IMG/VR virus record: IMGVR_UViG_3300033182_000499
Span: 5,833 to 69,832 of that record
Origin: a virus
Direction: 5' to 3' (one strand)
DNA: 64,000 nucleotides
The notes below the pieces were generated by a model that worked only from the letters and a program-made list of their open reading frames with translations, made no database searches and was not told the DNA's origin. Shown here piece by piece: positions 1 to 8,978 of the stretch. How positions within the stretch are numbered: position 1 is the first letter of the stretch; every line of letters begins with the position of its first letter. The position numbers were made by a program, and so were the translations under genes.

Positions 1-432
1 AGAGTCACCCTCAAATACAGTAATAATGTCATCTACTTCAAATTTTTTAGCCTCATTCCAAAGGTGTTCTCTCCATATAGGTGCGTTCTCTTCTCGGTAA
101 TACCACTCTTCCTCCTCATCAACAGTTAAATTTCCTTTGAACCAATCCACTACGTGTAACTCACCATTTATCATTGGTAGTTTCAATACCTTAGCAATCT
201 CTACCGCGTCTCCACCCTGTGCGCATCCAACTTGTAACACTTTCGGTTTTGGTTCTTCAAATCCATTATAATTAGGGAATGTAGCTTTCATATGTGTATA
301 GACAAACATAGAAATCCACGGGAATGGTAAGTTCCAATCGTGTGGAATGAACGTGTCTTCTTTTCCTTTACGAACAAACCAAGGGCTAAAATCTAAAGGG
401 GTAAGAGTCTTGTAATAATCATCCTTTACCAC
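1..432 (-). CDS. Class I SAM-dependent methyltransferase (Methyltransf_24-like), 3' end runs off the window
   Basis: Hand translation, not in the ORF track: GTG at 432 after a GAGGGG SD; KVLQVGCAQGGDA (motif I), LHVVDWFKG, ITVFEGDS. Confidence 0.7.
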   Translation of the reverse strand, partial: MVKDDYYKTLTPLDFSPWFVRKGKEDTFIPHDWNLPFPWISMFVYTHMKATFPNYNGFEEPKPKVLQVGCAQGGDAVEIAKVLKLPMINGELHVVDWFKGNLTVDEEEEWYYREENAPIWREHLWNEAKKFEVDDIITVFEGDS

Positions 433-502
433 ACTTACACCCCTCACACTTACATTTCTTTGGTTTTGGTTTTCTAAATAAAGATAGTATGTATTTTATC
501 AT
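419..502 (-). CDS. Small Cys/Lys-rich peptide (27 aa, MIKYILSLFRKPKPKKCKCEGCKCGKG)
   Basis: Hand translation; ATGA-type overlap with the upstream ORF; fills the gap between genes. Confidence 0.45.
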   Translation of the reverse strand: MIKYILSLFRKPKPKKCKCEGCKCGKG

Positions 503-657
503 ATTCCTAAATTGTTTTCAATGTCTTCGTTTGTTATGTCAATGTCAACGTCAATTGACTTTCTCAAACTACGTATCAATTCTGTGGTGTAGTAGATACT
601 AACACCCAATAACATTGTCCCTAATGCTACTAGTTTTGTTTTTGTTTTCTTTAACAT
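499..657 (-). CDS. Small membrane protein (52 aa)
   Basis: Hand translation MLKKTKTKLVALGTMLLGVSIYYTTELIRSLRK...; AGGGGG upstream; one hydrophobic segment. Confidence 0.5.
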   Translation of the reverse strand: MLKKTKTKLVALGTMLLGVSIYYTTELIRSLRKSIDVDIDITNEDIENNLGI

Positions 658-658
658 A

Positions 659-811
659 TCACTTCCCCCTTTTATTGTTTTTCCATTCTAAATATCCTTC
701 ATCCTCATATTTGTTTCGGTATTTGGAGTAGTTTTTACGTTCTCTTTGTTTTTTGGGTTTGTGTTTTGACTTTTCATCATCCCACGTTAGTTTATTTTTT
801 ATATCTCCCAT
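659..811 (-). CDS. Small basic hypothetical protein (50 aa)
   Basis: Hand translation MGDIKNKLTWDDEKSKHKPKKQRERKNYSKYRNKYEDEGYLEWKNNKRGK; tiles between neighbours. Confidence 0.5.
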   Translation of the reverse strand: MGDIKNKLTWDDEKSKHKPKKQRERKNYSKYRNKYEDEGYLEWKNNKRGK

Positions 812-816
812 TCTTT

Positions 817-1890
817 TTATCCAAGCAAATGAGGTCTACCCTCTACTTTTCCAGCCTCCGTTATTTTTATTAGTTGTGATTTGGATTGAAACTCTAATAT
901 ATTACACGAACCTGAATACGATAGTGCAGAACGTACACCATCATTTAGTCCATTTATTATAAACTTTACACCACCTTTGTATGGTATTATAGTACTTTCT
1001 CCTTCTACGTTTCTTTTTTGTTGTTGGTGGGTCACTTTGGTTTCCAACGACGCACTACCTCTATATCGTTTATACAAGTGATTACCTTTCTCAATGATTT
1101 CGCCGGGTGCTTCTTGTGTCCCTGCTATCAACGAACCCAACATCACGGTGTCTGCTCCTACTGCCAATGCTTTCGCAATATCCCCACTTGAACGAATACC
1201 ACCGTCAGCCATTACAGGAATATCAAACTCTTGTGCAACTCTAACCACATCACTAATAGATGTTATGTTAGGTACTCCGTGTCCTGTCTGTACTCGGGTC
1301 GTACATAATGAACCCCCACCAATACCAACTCGTAATCCATCAACTCCCCATTGGATTAAATCCTCTGCGGCCTTTGACGTTGCGATATTACCACCGATTA
1401 TATCAAACGGTCTGTCAGGGTGTTTTGACCTAAACCTTTTTAGTTTTTCTATCATCGCTTTGACGTTCCTGTGGTGTCCGTGTGCTACGTCAATCACCAA
1501 CACATTACACCCCGCGAGTATCAACTCTTCTGCTCTATAATAACCTTCCATACCTACACCAACGGCGGCCATAATAGGTTTGGTTGTATCACCCCATACA
1601 GCACTTATATCACCATTAGTGTCTTGATATAAAAATCGTTGTAATTCTACTACTTCATCACATTGTTCTTCTATGAGCATAAATCTATGGATACAACCAA
1701 CCCCACCCATTGATGCCATTTTCTTAGCCATCACTACATCACACACCGTGTCCATTGGTGATGCGACATAAGGTATTTTGATGTTGTAGTTACGAGATAG
1801 TCTTGTTTCTAAATTGACGTGTCCCCTTGTTTGTATATCACTATACTGTGGAACTAACATCACATCATCGTAAGTATATGTTTCTCTCAT
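817..1890 (-). CDS. IMP dehydrogenase / GMP reductase family protein lacking CBS domains
   Basis: TYDDVMLVP, SPMDTV, IDVAHGH, catalytic loop GIGGGSLCTTR, ADGGIR, YRGSAS; GuaB versus GuaC not resolved by eye. Confidence 0.92.
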   Translation of the reverse strand: MRETYTYDDVMLVPQYSDIQTRGHVNLETRLSRNYNIKIPYVASPMDTVCDVVMAKKMASMGGVGCIHRFMLIEEQCDEVVELQRFLYQDTNGDISAVWGDTTKPIMAAVGVGMEGYYRAEELILAGCNVLVIDVAHGHHRNVKAMIEKLKRFRSKHPDRPFDIIGGNIATSKAAEDLIQWGVDGLRVGIGGGSLCTTRVQTGHGVPNITSISDVVRVAQEFDIPVMADGGIRSSGDIAKALAVGADTVMLGSLIAGTQEAPGEIIEKGNHLYKRYRGSASLETKVTHQQQKRNVEGESTIIPYKGGVKFIINGLNDGVRSALSYSGSCNILEFQSKSQLIKITEAGKVEGRPHLLG

Positions 1891-2144
1891 TGTTGTAGTA
1901 AATGTCTTTTAACTTCTCCTTTTGGTACTGTCCCACTAAATCTACTCAACTCTTGTCCGTTCTCTTCCACAACACAAGTGGGAACTGAACGAATGCCGTA
2001 TTGAGATGCTAGTTGTTGGTTCTCATCAACATCAATGAATTGAATGTTGAATCCTTCGTTTGATAATTCCTGCATTATAGGTTTGAACATTTTACAAGGC
2101 CCACACCAAACGGCTGAGAAGTATTTTATTTGTCTGTTACTCAT
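1887..2144 (-). CDS. trxA: Thioredoxin
   Basis: WCGPCK active site, IDVDE, IRSVPT. Confidence 0.93.
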   Translation of the reverse strand: MSNRQIKYFSAVWCGPCKMFKPIMQELSNEGFNIQFIDVDENQQLASQYGIRSVPTCVVEENGQELSRFSGTVPKGEVKRHLLQQ

Positions 2145-3442
2145 ATGTATATTTTTTCTATGTAGTCGTTTTTATTAAATGTTATATTGTCTCCAAAAAT
2201 CCATCTACCGTAATCTTCTACCAAGTTGTTGTCCTCAATGGTAAGTTCATACAATAGGTTTTGGTTGTGTATAAGTCTTTCTTTAAGGTCTAAATAAATT
2301 TGGTGAAAGTCAAGTTTTGATAGTCTTTTTAGTTCTTCTACTATGAAATTAACTTTCTTAACTATTAACTCATTATTTAAACTGTATATGGTATGTGGGT
2401 CTGTGTTCACATCTATTTTCTGTGAATAATCAAATGTATCATAATCGTGATTTACTATGTCATCAAAAACATCAAAACCTAATTCACGTAAATCACTTAC
2501 TATGCCAGTATAACCTAATATTATTGGAATCTGTAAATTATAAAATGGTTTGACTGACTTTTCAGTCATAAATGGTAACAAGTCGTGTGTTGTTTCAGTA
2601 ACAATATCAATGTAACTATCCGATAACATTTTATTAACCGTAAATCGGTGTTCAACTATGTCATTATCTATTTCTAAATGATAATTCTTGTATCGTATAA
2701 CTTCATCAAATATACCAAAATTAACCTCACCACCATCCCCCGTCAAATTAGAAACAAAACCCAATTCGGTCAGGTTATTAGTTACTAGTTTATTAACTAA
2801 AAAAGACCTATGAATTTTAAATTGATTATTTAAACAAGTAAATAATTTACTTTTTTGAGTAGTAGACCATTGTTTTCCTTTTATTATTATATTCGCGGGA
2901 ATGATAGACTGACCTGTTGGATTTATTTTTGTAAAATTAATACTTCGTTGGTAGTCTAAATGTATTGTATGGTTGTATTTAGAACAGAATGTTCTAGGCC
3001 CTGCAAATGGGTATTTGTAAAACTGAATTTCGGGGTATTTTTCTTCCAACCCTTTATAGTCTTTTAGTGGTGATATAAGTTTCAGTTTATCATAGTTTAC
3101 TATATCAATATTATGATATTCTAATAAACTATAAACCTCCGAACCCTCGCCTAATAAATCTATAATAAATGTATCACACGAGAGGTTAAACTCTTTGATG
3201 TTAATAATATTATAAACAGATTCTATAACTCTTAGAGTAAATCCGTGAATTACGATGTAATCAAAATGTCTACCATAAAATTCAGATTTTTCCGATGTTG
3301 GGTGTAAGGAGGTTAAGTTAGAATCTATTATGTTTAACCCTGTAAAGGTAAAACCCTGTAAATTATTGCCGGGTTCAATACATAATATTGACTTGTCTTT
3401 TATTTTACTTTGTAATAAATCGTAACTTTCTAGGTAGTTCAC
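2141..3442 (-). CDS. Hypothetical protein with glycosyltransferase-like C-terminal region
   Basis: IDIVTET..FMTEKSVKPF...PIILG..LRELGFDVF resembles GT10/exostosin-like ORFs of large aquatic phages. Confidence 0.5.
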   Translation of the reverse strand: MNYLESYDLLQSKIKDKSILCIEPGNNLQGFTFTGLNIIDSNLTSLHPTSEKSEFYGRHFDYIVIHGFTLRVIESVYNIINIKEFNLSCDTFIIDLLGEGSEVYSLLEYHNIDIVNYDKLKLISPLKDYKGLEEKYPEIQFYKYPFAGPRTFCSKYNHTIHLDYQRSINFTKINPTGQSIIPANIIIKGKQWSTTQKSKLFTCLNNQFKIHRSFLVNKLVTNNLTELGFVSNLTGDGGEVNFGIFDEVIRYKNYHLEIDNDIVEHRFTVNKMLSDSYIDIVTETTHDLLPFMTEKSVKPFYNLQIPIILGYTGIVSDLRELGFDVFDDIVNHDYDTFDYSQKIDVNTDPHTIYSLNNELIVKKVNFIVEELKRLSKLDFHQIYLDLKERLIHNQNLLYELTIEDNNLVEDYGRWIFGDNITFNKNDYIEKIYI

Positions 3443-3663
3443 TTCTTTCTAATAAGAGAGGCTGTGTTCATTTTTTGAGATAGATGATTGAGGTATCTAT
3501 CTCGGTGATGTGGTTGTAAATCTGTCTCGTGTACACCTCTACCATTTTCTATCAGATGTGATACTTCAAATCTACGTAAGAAATCCTTTTCATAAGTCAA
3601 CGTGACTTGGTAAGTAATCTTAGTGCCAGGTACTGAAAAATGATATTTTGCTGATTGTTCCAT
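3439..3663 (-). CDS. Hypothetical protein
   Basis: 74-aa ORF tiled with its neighbours. Confidence 0.55.
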   Translation of the reverse strand: MEQSAKYHFSVPGTKITYQVTLTYEKDFLRRFEVSHLIENGRGVHETDLQPHHRDRYLNHLSQKMNTASLIRKK

Positions 3664-3668
3664 ATATG

Positions 3669-4277
3669 TTATTTGTTAAATTGTTTAAACAGTTCGTCTA
3701 CTTCTTCGTCTTTCTTTTTCTCCTCAAAAAAGTCTTCCCTTGATATTTTTTTCATATCAAAGTCTTCATACTCAAACTCACTATACCTATCATAATCATC
3801 ATTACGGGCTTGGTTGAGATAGTCAGGTGTCCAATATCTTCGTTTCTTTATACCAATCAATTCTCTACCTATGTCAACATAAAAACAATTATAACAGATG
3901 AGTTGTATGTTCTCCAATTTATGATTTTTTCTATTATTATCCAAAAAATGAAGTAATAGTGGTGACCTACCATCAATTCGTTTTCGTTCATAACCACATA
4001 CCTCACAACAGTCTTTCTTATATCCATACTTTACTAACTGTCTAGCAAATGTCTTTAGGTTCCAATGGGGTCGTTCACCATTTAATATAGGGTCAAGTGA
4101 ATGTTTTTGGGTATTCTTGGTCATACCCTTACCACCCTTATTTAGTAAGTTCTCAAATACACCGTGATACTCTGCCCACTTCTTGTATGTTTTGTATGAT
4201 ACTTTAAGATAACGAGCGGCCTGTGCAGCCGATTTACTATTGGCCTGTGCCGCTAGTATTTCTGATTTTAATAACAT
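3669..4277 (-). CDS. HTH plus HNH-like zinc-binding nuclease protein
   Basis: N-terminal AAQAARYLKVSYKTYKKWA helix-turn-helix; CEVCG...LHFLD...N.KLENIQLICYNC HNH-type fold. Confidence 0.7.
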   Translation of the reverse strand: MLLKSEILAAQANSKSAAQAARYLKVSYKTYKKWAEYHGVFENLLNKGGKGMTKNTQKHSLDPILNGERPHWNLKTFARQLVKYGYKKDCCEVCGYERKRIDGRSPLLLHFLDNNRKNHKLENIQLICYNCFYVDIGRELIGIKKRRYWTPDYLNQARNDDYDRYSEFEYEDFDMKKISREDFFEEKKKDEEVDELFKQFNK

Positions 4278-4279
4278 TT

Positions 4280-4462
4280 TTACTTCTTATACGGAAACAT
4301 TTGATTTAGTTGTTCTTTTCTCTTACTACACCCACAATCTTCTATACCCATTGCTTGTGTAGTTTTTTCTACAACCGTTTTGATGCCTGTGGTTGTTGTA
4401 ATTTTCTCCACAGTATCACCCAACCCTTGTTGGTTTTTTATTAAGTCTTTTAACTTTATCAT
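4280..4462 (-). CDS. Small hypothetical protein with DCGC motif
   Basis: GLGDTVEKIT..TGIK..V...DCGCSKRKEQLN; N-terminal MIKLKDLI leader; late motif upstream. Confidence 0.65.
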   Translation of the reverse strand: MIKLKDLIKNQQGLGDTVEKITTTTGIKTVVEKTTQAMGIEDCGCSKRKEQLNQMFPYKK

Positions 4463-4476
4463 AGTCCTTATTTTAT

Positions 4477-4504
4477 TATAAATATAAGTTAGGTGTTATT
4501 TATA
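4477..4504. promoter_or_regulatory. Divergent pair of putative late promoters (TATTTATA on each coding strand)
   Basis: ATATTTATA on the minus strand at 4477-4485 before ORF 4462; TATTTATA on the plus strand at 4497-4504 before ORF 4524. Confidence 0.7.
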
Positions 4505-4523
4505 TAAAAGTAAAGTTTATACG

Positions 4524-5234
4524 ATGAAACGATATATTTTATTATTGGTTATGTTAGTCCCACTAATTGGGTGTGATTCACAACGGGTCAAAGACTTGTT
4601 TAGAGATGAAGAACGAGAACAACAGTTAGAGGACAGTATATCGGTTATACTTGAGGATATGGAATACGCCATTGATTTGATTGATAATCTCTATACGATG
4701 ATTGATAGTTTAGAAGACATCAAACGAAAACCTATTATGGTAGAAAAGATTGTAGAACGAGTTGATACAATTAGACTAACCCAAGGTGGATTTAATGTTG
4801 ATAAACTGTATAACATTCCCATTGACAATACTGAACGATATGTGGGGAGTGTGTTTAATATCAAGGGTGTCACAGAGTTTAAGTGGGACTTCTTAAACAA
4901 TGAACCTTTAGCCGCCACCACAACCATAACAGACTTTCAGTTACGACTAAATGTTAGAACACGGATTAAACCTATCCAAACAGGATTAGAAGTAGAGTCA
5001 ATACCCCTATCCCCAAATATAATGATTACCAACAACACCGATAATGTGATAGATAAAACAAACTACTTTAAGGAAATACCATCCAAGATTTCTATTGGAA
5101 TAATTGGTGGTTATGGTTTTACTCACCAAGGTGCGACTCCGTTTATTGGTATAGGAATCAATTACAGTTTGTTAGAAACAGGTGACGCGATTAGAAGATT
5201 AAAAGGTAAAATTCCTCAAAACAGGAAGCGATAG
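4524..5234 (+). CDS. Lipoprotein with coiled coil and C-terminal beta-strands, possible spanin; the only plus-strand gene
   Basis: Lipobox-like signal LLLVMLVPLIG-C; coiled coil; C-terminal ISIGIIGGYGF..PFIGIGINY; has its own late motif. Confidence 0.6.
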   Translation: MKRYILLLVMLVPLIGCDSQRVKDLFRDEEREQQLEDSISVILEDMEYAIDLIDNLYTMIDSLEDIKRKPIMVEKIVERVDTIRLTQGGFNVDKLYNIPIDNTERYVGSVFNIKGVTEFKWDFLNNEPLAATTTITDFQLRLNVRTRIKPIQTGLEVESIPLSPNIMITNNTDNVIDKTNYFKEIPSKISIGIIGGYGFTHQGATPFIGIGINYSLLETGDAIRRLKGKIPQNRKR

Positions 5235-5694
5235 CCTTTTTCACCAAGTTCATCAACAGACTGTTTGCGAAATCTACTTCACTCTCCTCCACCGATAAAA
5301 AGTTAGACCGTATTTCTTTATCTATCTCTACCTCGGTATGTAACTTTTGTATTATGTTATAGTCTTTGTGATAGAATACGATTTCCATTTCTAGTCCAAC
5401 GGTTTCTGTCTTTGACTTCATTGTAGCAAATGTAATCTCGGTATTAGGTCGTATGTAGTTTATGAATACGGGATAGACATATATGTCAGCCTCATCCTTA
5501 TCGTCCGTTAAACGTAAAGTTTGGTAGTCTGCGTACTCTTGTATGTACTCTTCCATAACCACCACCGTTGTTTTCTTTAACAATGGATTACCGAATATCT
5601 CAATAGGAGTTTCGTTTGTTGGTTCCCCCACCCAAATCAGTAATATGGAAAGTAGTGTTAGAATAAAACTCTCCCCCCTAACAGTAGCCCCCAA
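5191..5694 (-). CDS. Hypothetical exported/membrane-anchored protein of the CsgG module
   Basis: N-terminal hydrophobic stretch; TTG start uncertain. Confidence 0.55.
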   Translation of the reverse strand: MGATVRGESFILTLLSILLIWVGEPTNETPIEIFGNPLLKKTTVVVMEEYIQEYADYQTLRLTDDKDEADIYVYPVFINYIRPNTEITFATMKSKTETVGLEMEIVFYHKDYNIIQKLHTEVEIDKEIRSNFLSVEESEVDFANSLLMNLVKKAIASCFEEFYLLIF

Positions 5695-6593
5695 TGGTCT
5701 GATGTATTCATATTTGTTTTAAGACTATTGGTATACGTCAAGTTCATACCAAAGGTGTCTGTTAATTTATACCCTACATTTACAAATGGTTTTATAGTCA
5801 TATAGTCCTCAAACCAATAATCCAATGTAAATACTTTTCGTCTGTATGTATAACTTAATACTAAATTGGTTGATAGTTTTAATGTTTTGTTATTCACAAA
5901 TGATTTAGTATGTCCGACAATAAGGGAGTTGTCTTGGAAAGGGTAGTCGTTTAGACTACCAAATGTAACAGAATGTAAAGTGAAGTAAGAACCAAACACC
6001 CCGACATTACCCAATATACCAACCGATGTATTTGCAATCACATCATTTTGTAACACCATCAGGTTGGCGTTCACCATCGTCTTTGTTGTAGAGTTGAGTG
6101 GTGTTATTTTGTAGTAACCAATATTACCATTGATATTACTACTCGCGTTCAACATAAACCCGTTGGATGTATTGGTAAGTAGATTGGATTTATTGTATCC
6201 TCCTGTTAGTCCAACTATATTACCATTGTAGTATGATAGGTCAGATGCTAAAATTACGATGGGTTGGGATATGTCTATGTCACCTGTTTCAGATGAACTT
6301 TTTGCATTACTAGTAACCAAGTCCGTGATTTCGGCACACGGGTAATACTCTTTCCACTTTCGGTATATACTTCCCAACCAATCAATGTGTTCGTTTTGTA
6401 AAACTTGTTCGGGTGTGAATGTTTGACTATATCCAAAAAAAGCAAAAGTGGTATTAGAGTTTATGTCTATTGGTAATTTTACTCGTTGTAGAACATCGGA
6501 ACATACCTCTCTATATGAATAGTTTAATACAAACTGTTGAGAGTATAATTCTGTCGGTATGATTATAAATAATATGAGGTATAACCATTTCAC
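5658..6593 (-). CDS. Putative outer-membrane beta-barrel protein
   Basis: Signal peptide; amphipathic beta-strands; ends GLLLGGRVLF with terminal Phe (BAM-type signal). Confidence 0.6.
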   Translation of the reverse strand: MKWLYLILFIIIPTELYSQQFVLNYSYREVCSDVLQRVKLPIDINSNTTFAFFGYSQTFTPEQVLQNEHIDWLGSIYRKWKEYYPCAEITDLVTSNAKSSSETGDIDISQPIVILASDLSYYNGNIVGLTGGYNKSNLLTNTSNGFMLNASSNINGNIGYYKITPLNSTTKTMVNANLMVLQNDVIANTSVGILGNVGVFGSYFTLHSVTFGSLNDYPFQDNSLIVGHTKSFVNNKTLKLSTNLVLSYTYRRKVFTLDYWFEDYMTIKPFVNVGYKLTDTFGMNLTYTNSLKTNMNTSDHWGLLLGGRVLF

Positions 6594-7339
6594 TTTATGT
6601 AGTATTTGTTTATTCTATATCGGGTTATACCTGTTTCATTTACTGCATCTCTCACACTATTATACGTTACACCATCAATGGTTACTTTAATACTATTAGT
6701 GGGTTGATTACCTAACATCTTTAATCGCAATTGTTCTTTCCGTTCAGATGTAAATGCTTTACTTATGGCCTTGGCTCGTTTCCTTACAAACTCCTTACTT
6801 TGTTTAATACCTTTTAGTTTGTTCTTGTTAGATTTACTTATCTTTCTTTTAGTTTCCTCTGAATGAGACCAACCTGTACCACGAGTTGCTATTCCTTTTT
6901 TAGACTCTGATATTTTTTTTCTTTCTTCTTTTGTTTTTACCCGTCCCTTGAGTCCTTCTGATATTTTTTTTCTATCTTCTTTGGTAAATACATAAGGATT
7001 TTCTCTCTTTGTCTTTCTTATCTTCTCTTTTGACTTTTCTGACAACCTACCTGAAAAATGTGATGTTTTAGTGTAAATACTATTTAACCCTTCTTCTATT
7101 GAGTTATACTTTTCTTGGTAATATCGTTCTCTTTTATTTAGTTGTGTCTCATCACATTCTTCTATAACCTCAAATGTATGCTCGTCAAGTCCGTATTTCT
7201 TAAATGAATTATACAAGTGAGTATTTCTATTATCATTTATATAATCGTGTTTATGTCTATACCATCTTCGTTCTATGTCAATACTTTGACCTATGTAGAT
7301 TTTACCGTTTGGGTTTGTTATTTTGTATATTCCTGTCAT
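6590..7339 (-). CDS. GIY-YIG homing endonuclease with NUMOD3 repeats
   Basis: GIYKITNPNGKIYIGQS; HSEETKRKIS-type repeats; C-terminal IDGVTYNSVRDA domain. Confidence 0.92.
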   Translation of the reverse strand: MTGIYKITNPNGKIYIGQSIDIERRWYRHKHDYINDNRNTHLYNSFKKYGLDEHTFEVIEECDETQLNKRERYYQEKYNSIEEGLNSIYTKTSHFSGRLSEKSKEKIRKTKRENPYVFTKEDRKKISEGLKGRVKTKEERKKISESKKGIATRGTGWSHSEETKRKISKSNKNKLKGIKQSKEFVRKRAKAISKAFTSERKEQLRLKMLGNQPTNSIKVTIDGVTYNSVRDAVNETGITRYRINKYYIK

Positions 7340-7350
7340 TTCTTTAATCC

Positions 7351-7447
7351 AAAAAAACCCATATAGTTTCAGCGGTTGCGGTCGCCTACTCCTATATGGG
7401 TTTCTAATCTAAAAATCTTATGTATGTAGTCCGCAACTCCTACATAT
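7351..7447 (-). ncRNA. Candidate structured leader RNA: two hairpins with complementary loops, ending in a U-tract
   Basis: Stem TATGTAG/CTACATA with loop GAGTTGCGGA; 12-bp stem AAACCCATATAG/CTATATGGGTTT with inner loop ACCGCAAC; GTTGCGG is complementary to CCGCAAC. Confidence 0.6.
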
Positions 7448-7455
7448 ATAAATAT
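7447..7455 (-). promoter_or_regulatory. Putative late promoter ATATTTATA
   Basis: Recurrent intergenic motif; also at 10968, 14073, 17841, 32927, 45662, 47482, 55458, 56880, 59201/59207, 59570 and 62440. Confidence 0.7.
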
Positions 7456-7479
7456 AACCAAGAGTGAAAAAACAAATGG

Positions 7480-8178
7480 TTATTCGGGTTTCGCTAACCA
7501 ACCGCGGCGTTGGGCTCTTTGGATAAGATTTACTGTGGCAGTTTCTAATGCTTTTTGAGTACTCATTCCAACAGTTGATTGGTCAAAATCAGCGTCAGGT
7601 GTATCAAAAAATCCTAATCCAATTTGAGATGTTTTACCCAATCCTGATGCAATTAAGAACTCACCTGTTTCAACACTAACAAGTCTTATCTGAAATCCTA
7701 CAATTGTAGTGTTTTTAGTCATAGTGTTAAACTTATCCACTACCTCTTCTTTTGAGGTACTGAATTCGTATAATTCTGCATAGCAAAAATACTTCGGTAA
7801 TACCAAACCACCTGTTTTAAGTTCGGTTCCATCAACTGCAAGTCCCGCGTCTGATAGTTCCCACTTATCAACCATTTGATTTAGTATATCATCTTTTTCT
7901 TCTGTATAACGGAAGTATCCTGTTTCCTCAAAGTTTTCTAGGATACGGTTAGTCAAACCTAATCCCACTCGTTTCTCTCCAAGTTCAGGGTATTGGTCTA
8001 TGATTTCTTTGGTGATAGATAAGTTTGCCAACTGAATTGGGGTTCTCTCACCTGTGAAATATTCTACATCATAAACGGATTTTTGTGTCTCAAACCCTGC
8101 CTCATAACTCTCAACCATAACTTGAGAAGAACAAGAACTAATTAGTAGTGTGATAATTAGAAATAATAGTTTCTTCAT
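7480..8178 (-). CDS. CsgG/HfaB-family lipoprotein
   Basis: Lipobox LLISS-C; GLGLTNRIL...F...EEK, GFQIRLVSVETGE...ASGLG match the CsgG/TolB_N-like fold. Confidence 0.75.
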   Translation of the reverse strand: MKKLLFLIITLLISSCSSQVMVESYEAGFETQKSVYDVEYFTGERTPIQLANLSITKEIIDQYPELGEKRVGLGLTNRILENFEETGYFRYTEEKDDILNQMVDKWELSDAGLAVDGTELKTGGLVLPKYFCYAELYEFSTSKEEVVDKFNTMTKNTTIVGFQIRLVSVETGEFLIASGLGKTSQIGLGFFDTPDADFDQSTVGMSTQKALETATVNLIQRAQRRGWLAKPE

Positions 8179-8516
8179 TAGCTGTCCTTTTTATATTTTA
8201 GAAGTCTGTTAGTAGCCTTTGGTTCTTCAACTTTTACAGTTTCAGGTTCAGCCTTAACTTCTTTAATTATAGTTTGAGTTGGTGCAGCCTGTGGTATAGT
8301 TAGGTTAATGGTCGGGCCTTCTACACTTACACTTTGATTGTTGTTTTGTGCAGGTGCTTCTACGGCAGACTCTTCGTCTTCTATACCTATGAATGACTTT
8401 ACCTCATCCATAAACATAGTTCCTATACCTGTTAGTAACACACCAGCTCCTGTGGCTATTTGTGCTTTGAGGTTGGATAATAACCCACCCTTTTGTTCTT
8501 GTTGTTCTTCACTCAT
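8178..8516 (-). CDS. Hypothetical membrane protein
   Basis: One TM segment followed by a Pro/Gln/Glu-rich tail. Confidence 0.6.
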   Translation of the reverse strand: MSEEQQEQKGGLLSNLKAQIATGAGVLLTGIGTMFMDEVKSFIGIEDEESAVEAPAQNNNQSVSVEGPTINLTIPQAAPTQTIIKEVKAEPETVKVEEPKATNRLLKYKKDS

Positions 8517-8631
8517 CTTTGTTTCCTTTAAGTTTGTCTTTGATTTGTAGTATTAGTATTGTTAAATTCCAAAGTATAGTGGGTAAGAATATCAAACCCA
8601 TTATACCTAGTAATAAATATAAGATTTCCAT
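8509..8631 (-). CDS. Small hydrophobic peptide (40 aa)
   Basis: Hand translation MEILYLLLGIMGLIFLPTILWNLTILILQIKDKLKGNKDE; fills the gap between genes. Confidence 0.45.
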   Translation of the reverse strand: MEILYLLLGIMGLIFLPTILWNLTILILQIKDKLKGNKDE

Positions 8632-8633
8632 TT

Positions 8634-8978
8634 TTAACTATTGCCACTTTCTAGTTTCCTTTTGGCTAATAACATCTCAGGTGTGTCATCTTCCTCATCC
8701 ATCTTAGCCACAAGCATCTTATCTTTATCTGTATCTGAAAACCAATAATCTATAATCTTTCCGTAACTACCAATGAATGCACCCAAGAGTAATAAGAGTA
8801 ATTCTTTCCACTCACCGGCTACTTCAGTTCCAATATGGATAGATGCTACAATACCAATAGATAATATCACAAATGTGTATAATACGATAGATGTAATCAT
8901 CCACCGTCTATTCATCATTGAGTTTAGTAGGTCTCTAAATCCTGTGTTTTCTTGTTCTTGTTCGTTTTGTTCTACCAT
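8634..8978 (-). CDS. Two-TM membrane protein (holin-like)
   Basis: Two hydrophobic helices; LLLLLGAFIGSYGKIIDYWFS. Confidence 0.55.
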   Translation of the reverse strand: MVEQNEQEQENTGFRDLLNSMMNRRWMITSIVLYTFVILSIGIVASIHIGTEVAGEWKELLLLLLGAFIGSYGKIIDYWFSDTDKDKMLVAKMDEEDDTPEMLLAKRKLESGNS

